Below, one piece after another: positions 61,582-64,000 of a stretch of 64,000 nt of DNA (the stretch's first letter is position 1; every line of letters begins with the position of its first letter). Below the pieces are notes generated by a model, which saw only the letters and a program-made list of their open reading frames with translations, did not search any database and was not told the DNA's origin. The position numbers and the translations under genes are program-made. The stretch comes from Polyangiaceae bacterium (GTDB lineage Bacteria > Myxococcota_A > Polyangia > Polyangiales > Polyangiaceae): contig CBDCTZ010000016.1 of the NCBI GenBank assembly GCA_965222375.1, positions 992,001-1,056,000 on the forward strand, given 5' to 3'.

Positions 61582-63061
61582 CGTCTCTCCCAATACCGTC
61601 GTAGTCGCTGAGTGAATGCGGGGTGACGACCGGGCCTTGCACGCGGTCGTCGTCGGGAAGATGTCGCCCCACGGGTGGAGGGGTGCCGCGCTCGTAGCGG
61701 CGTCGCTCCAGGACGTGGTGCACAGCCGCAAGGTGTGGTGTGCCGAGTTGCACAACCTCGGCCAGCGCAGCTTCCAGCTCCGCGGCCCCAACTCGGTCCA
61801 GCTGCTTGAGCATCGCAATCGTCGCGCCGCCCAAGTTCTTGCCCTGCTCGGCCAGCACTTTGAAAAGCTTTCGGGAAGATGGCGCCGCGTGATGCAAGCG
61901 ATCAAGGCCGCGATGCGCGTGGGCTTGCCGTTTCCACTCTGCAAGCGCCGCAATGTGTGCCGGCTCCTCGATCGCCTGACGGCGATCCCAGCACCGGGCG
62001 TGCTCCGCGATGGTGTCTTCACCGTCGAGGACACGCACGGTCGTCATGCTTGCCACCACGGTGAGGCTCCTGCGTGTATGCGTTGCCGGAATGGAGTAGT
62101 CGTTCAGGTCGAAACGCACGTAGGGCGTCTTGCCCACGGCAACCTCGATGCGCTCGTCGGTCAAAAATGGATTGCTCGGTAGCTCCAACAGACGCGGCTT
62201 CTCTTCGGCGAAGGCCTCCGAGACGTTCAGGGTCTCATCCTCGGGACAACGACGCTCCGCCGCAGTGCCCAGGCACCAGTCGAGTGCTTGCTCATTCAGA
62301 TCGTCGAGATCGCGATACTCGCGTGCGGCGAAGAAGCTGGATCTGATGTAGCGGATCGCGCGCTCGACGCGGCCCTTCTCATTGCCGCGTGCCACCGCGA
62401 CTGGGCGTGGCTCGTAGCGATAGTGGCCAGCTAACTCCAGCAGCGTGGGGTGAAAACGGATCGCATCGCCCTTGCGCTCCAGCACCGCACTCTTGAGATT
62501 GTCGTACAGCAGGACCCGTGGAACGCCTGCCCAGAAATCAAACGCAGACACATGCCCGTGAAGAAAACTCGACATGTTGGCGTTCAGGTAGAAGCGTAGA
62601 AACACCATCCGCGACCAGCTGAGCACCATCACAAATGCCATCAGCTGCCGGCTCGCTCGCCCAACTGAAAGAGTCCCGAAATGCGCCCAATCCACTTGGC
62701 CCTGTTCGCCAGGCAGCGTGCGCAAACGCATGTACGCTTCCGCTGTTGGTCGCGGTCTGTGTCGAGCGACGATGCGGCGAAAATGATCTGAGCCGCCCTG
62801 GTAGCCCCGCTCTTTCGCCATCGCGTAAACGCGGATCGCCGGCAGCTTCGGGTACTGCGCCAGCGTCTCGATGATCAGTGGGACGTAGGGATCGGTAATT
62901 GACGGACGCAGACTCCGGGACACCGTGTCGACCCCGGCGTCTCGCAGGACACGCCGCACCGTGCCGTGGTGGATGCCAAGCTGCTGGGCAATCGTCCCGA
63001 TCTTCCACTTCTCCGCGTGGTACAGCCGGAGGATTTCGGCTCTGCGCTCCTTGCTGATCAC
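61550..63061 (-). CDS. istA: IS21 transposase
   Basis: N-terminal [29 protein letters not shown]. Confidence 0.95.
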   Translation of the reverse strand: MISKERRAEILRLYHAEKWKIGTIAQQLGIHHGTVRRVLRDAGVDTVSRSLRPSITDPYVPLIIETLAQYPKLPAIRVYAMAKERGYQGGSDHFRRIVARHRPRPTAEAYMRLRTLPGEQGQVDWAHFGTLSVGRASRQLMAFVMVLSWSRMVFLRFYLNANMSSFLHGHVSAFDFWAGVPRVLLYDNLKSAVLERKGDAIRFHPTLLELAGHYRYEPRPVAVARGNEKGRVERAIRYIRSSFFAAREYRDLDDLNEQALDWCLGTAAERRCPEDETLNVSEAFAEEKPRLLELPSNPFLTDERIEVAVGKTPYVRFDLNDYSIPATHTRRSLTVVASMTTVRVLDGEDTIAEHARCWDRRQAIEEPAHIAALAEWKRQAHAHRGLDRLHHAAPSSRKLFKVLAEQGKNLGGATIAMLKQLDRVGAAELEAALAEVVQLGTPHLAAVHHVLERRRYERGTPPPVGRHLPDDDRVQGPVVTPHSLSDYDGIGRDDDDNDDERSG

Positions 63062-63408
63062 CGCGCACCTCGTCCACGCATGCGACGAAAGTCACCCACG
63101 CCTCGTAGGCGCTTTGGGCGGGCGCGGCCGGCGACCTCGTACTGCACGAGTTGGCTTTCCCCGGGCCATAGCTCGTCGCCAAACAGCCCCGAGTCGAGCC
63201 AACTTGGGCAGTTCTGCTCCGCAGTAATCGCAACGCAGAGCTTCGCCCCGCTCCACAGCGCGAGCCCTTCGAGCAATGTCAGAAGAGCGCGAGGGTGAGA
63301 CGGTCGCAGCGACAGCCTCGCTTTCAGCACATCCCCTTGTTCCGGAGACGTCACCAGAAGCTGCATCTCCGTTTTCGAAACCTGAAGCTGGGCTGTCAGA
63401 CGCATCAT
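63058..63408 (-). CDS. IS21 accessory ORF
   Basis: Inside the IS ends; GTGA overlap with the istA start; LKARL...[17 protein letters not shown]. Confidence 0.65.
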   Translation of the reverse strand: MMRLTAQLQVSKTEMQLLVTSPEQGDVLKARLSLRPSHPRALLTLLEGLALWSGAKLCVAITAEQNCPSWLDSGLFGDELWPGESQLVQYEVAGRARPKRLRGVGDFRRMRGRGAR

Positions 63409-63724
63409 TGGGGTTAGCCTCGAGGACGGCGTGCCGTGCCGCCTCACTCTCGGGTCCACTGCTGCGCCCGCTGGCGTCTAATGACGAGGGGTGATGCGTC
63501 ACTTTTTCTCGCCGCCGCGCCCGGTGACGGGCTTGTCGCTCTGCGTGAAGCCGCGCTCCACGGCGCGTGCGCTGGTACCGAGCCCCCGCCTCTCGCACGC
63601 TTTGGCTGCGACTTATTGAAGCGCAGTCACTGCTGCAATACAGCTGCCCTCGGTCGCAACGTTGGCAAAGCTTCACCTGGCCGTGGCACCGCTGACAGTT
63701 GAAAAGCCGGAACGAATCGCTGAT
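63092..63724 (-). CDS. IS21 accessory zinc-finger ORF
   Basis: CQRC..CQRCDRGQLYCSSDC..RYQ..KVTH. The frame is open upstream of GTG 63676 to an ATC preceded by GGAG. 3' extent uncertain. Confidence 0.6.
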   Translation of the reverse strand: MSDSFRLFNCQRCHGQVKLCQRCDRGQLYCSSDCASISRSQSVREAGARYQRTRRGARLHAERQARHRARRREKVTHHPSSLDASGRSSGPESEAARHAVLEANPNDASDSPASGFENGDAASGDVSGTRGCAESEAVAATVSPSRSSDIARRARAVERGEALRCDYCGAELPKLARLGAVWRRAMARGKPTRAVRGRRPRPPKAPTRRG

Positions 63725-64000
63725 CGCGGACTCCGCCCAGCAGTTTTCTGGATCCGTACGCCGCTATCAGCGATGCTTGCGCCACAACTGATCGCGGTTG
63801 GAAAGGCTCGGGTTGCGCCCCGGGCCTTTCATCTATCTGGGCATCGAGATCATCCAAGCGCCCACCCGACCGGGCCCAATTTCACGCGCTCTATCCGACG
63901 GCGTAAATCCGGGCATCACTCACGCGCAAATATGGGCACCTCCGCCATGCCGCCCACTTAGACGCCGTTTCGGATGCCCGTTGACAGACGTGTGATGCAC

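Larger units (their letters stand above)
60775..63986 (-). mobile_element. Complete IS21-family insertion sequence (3212 bp)
   Basis: TG...CA ends; imperfect 36-bp IRs TGTTAGCGGTCATGAAAAAGGGCG.. and TGTCAACGGGCATCCGAAACGGCG..; GACGTG duplicated at 60769-60774 and 63987-63992. Confidence 0.95.

Noticed and set aside
1..64000. CRISPR array or rRNA genes
   Set aside because: No regularly spaced short repeats with unique spacers and no rRNA signatures seen

Overview
GC-rich bacterial DNA that looks like Myxococcota (Polyangiaceae-like): many lipoproteins with Gly-rich linkers, a MYXO-CTERM M23 peptidase and an ECF sigma/anti-sigma pair. 0-7 kb is a decayed patchwork of frameshifted or truncated genes, with an IS91-type transposase remnant at one junction. 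8-44 kb is mostly housekeeping and envelope genes: NarM-like::moaC, moaE, mobA, moeA, MFS, PAS hybrid kinase, ppk1, prkA, radical SAM, LOG, STAND ATPase, kelch, and a frameshifted Ser/Thr kinase. It also holds a tight three-gene TIGR04255/HEAT/ART-like operon. 44-60 kb is the most unusual part. A 2100-aa teneurin-like NHL/YD (Rhs) toxin is followed by two orphan toxin/immunity cassettes. Every cassette ends in its own paralogous response regulator, and each orphan is preceded by the same ~234-bp structured non-coding element. One copy of that element is split by a group II intron with a verifiable EBS1/IBS1 pair. The window ends with a complete IS21 element (60775-63986, 6-bp target duplication) carrying two accessory ORFs. 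Family assignments come from motif recognition by eye, not database searches.
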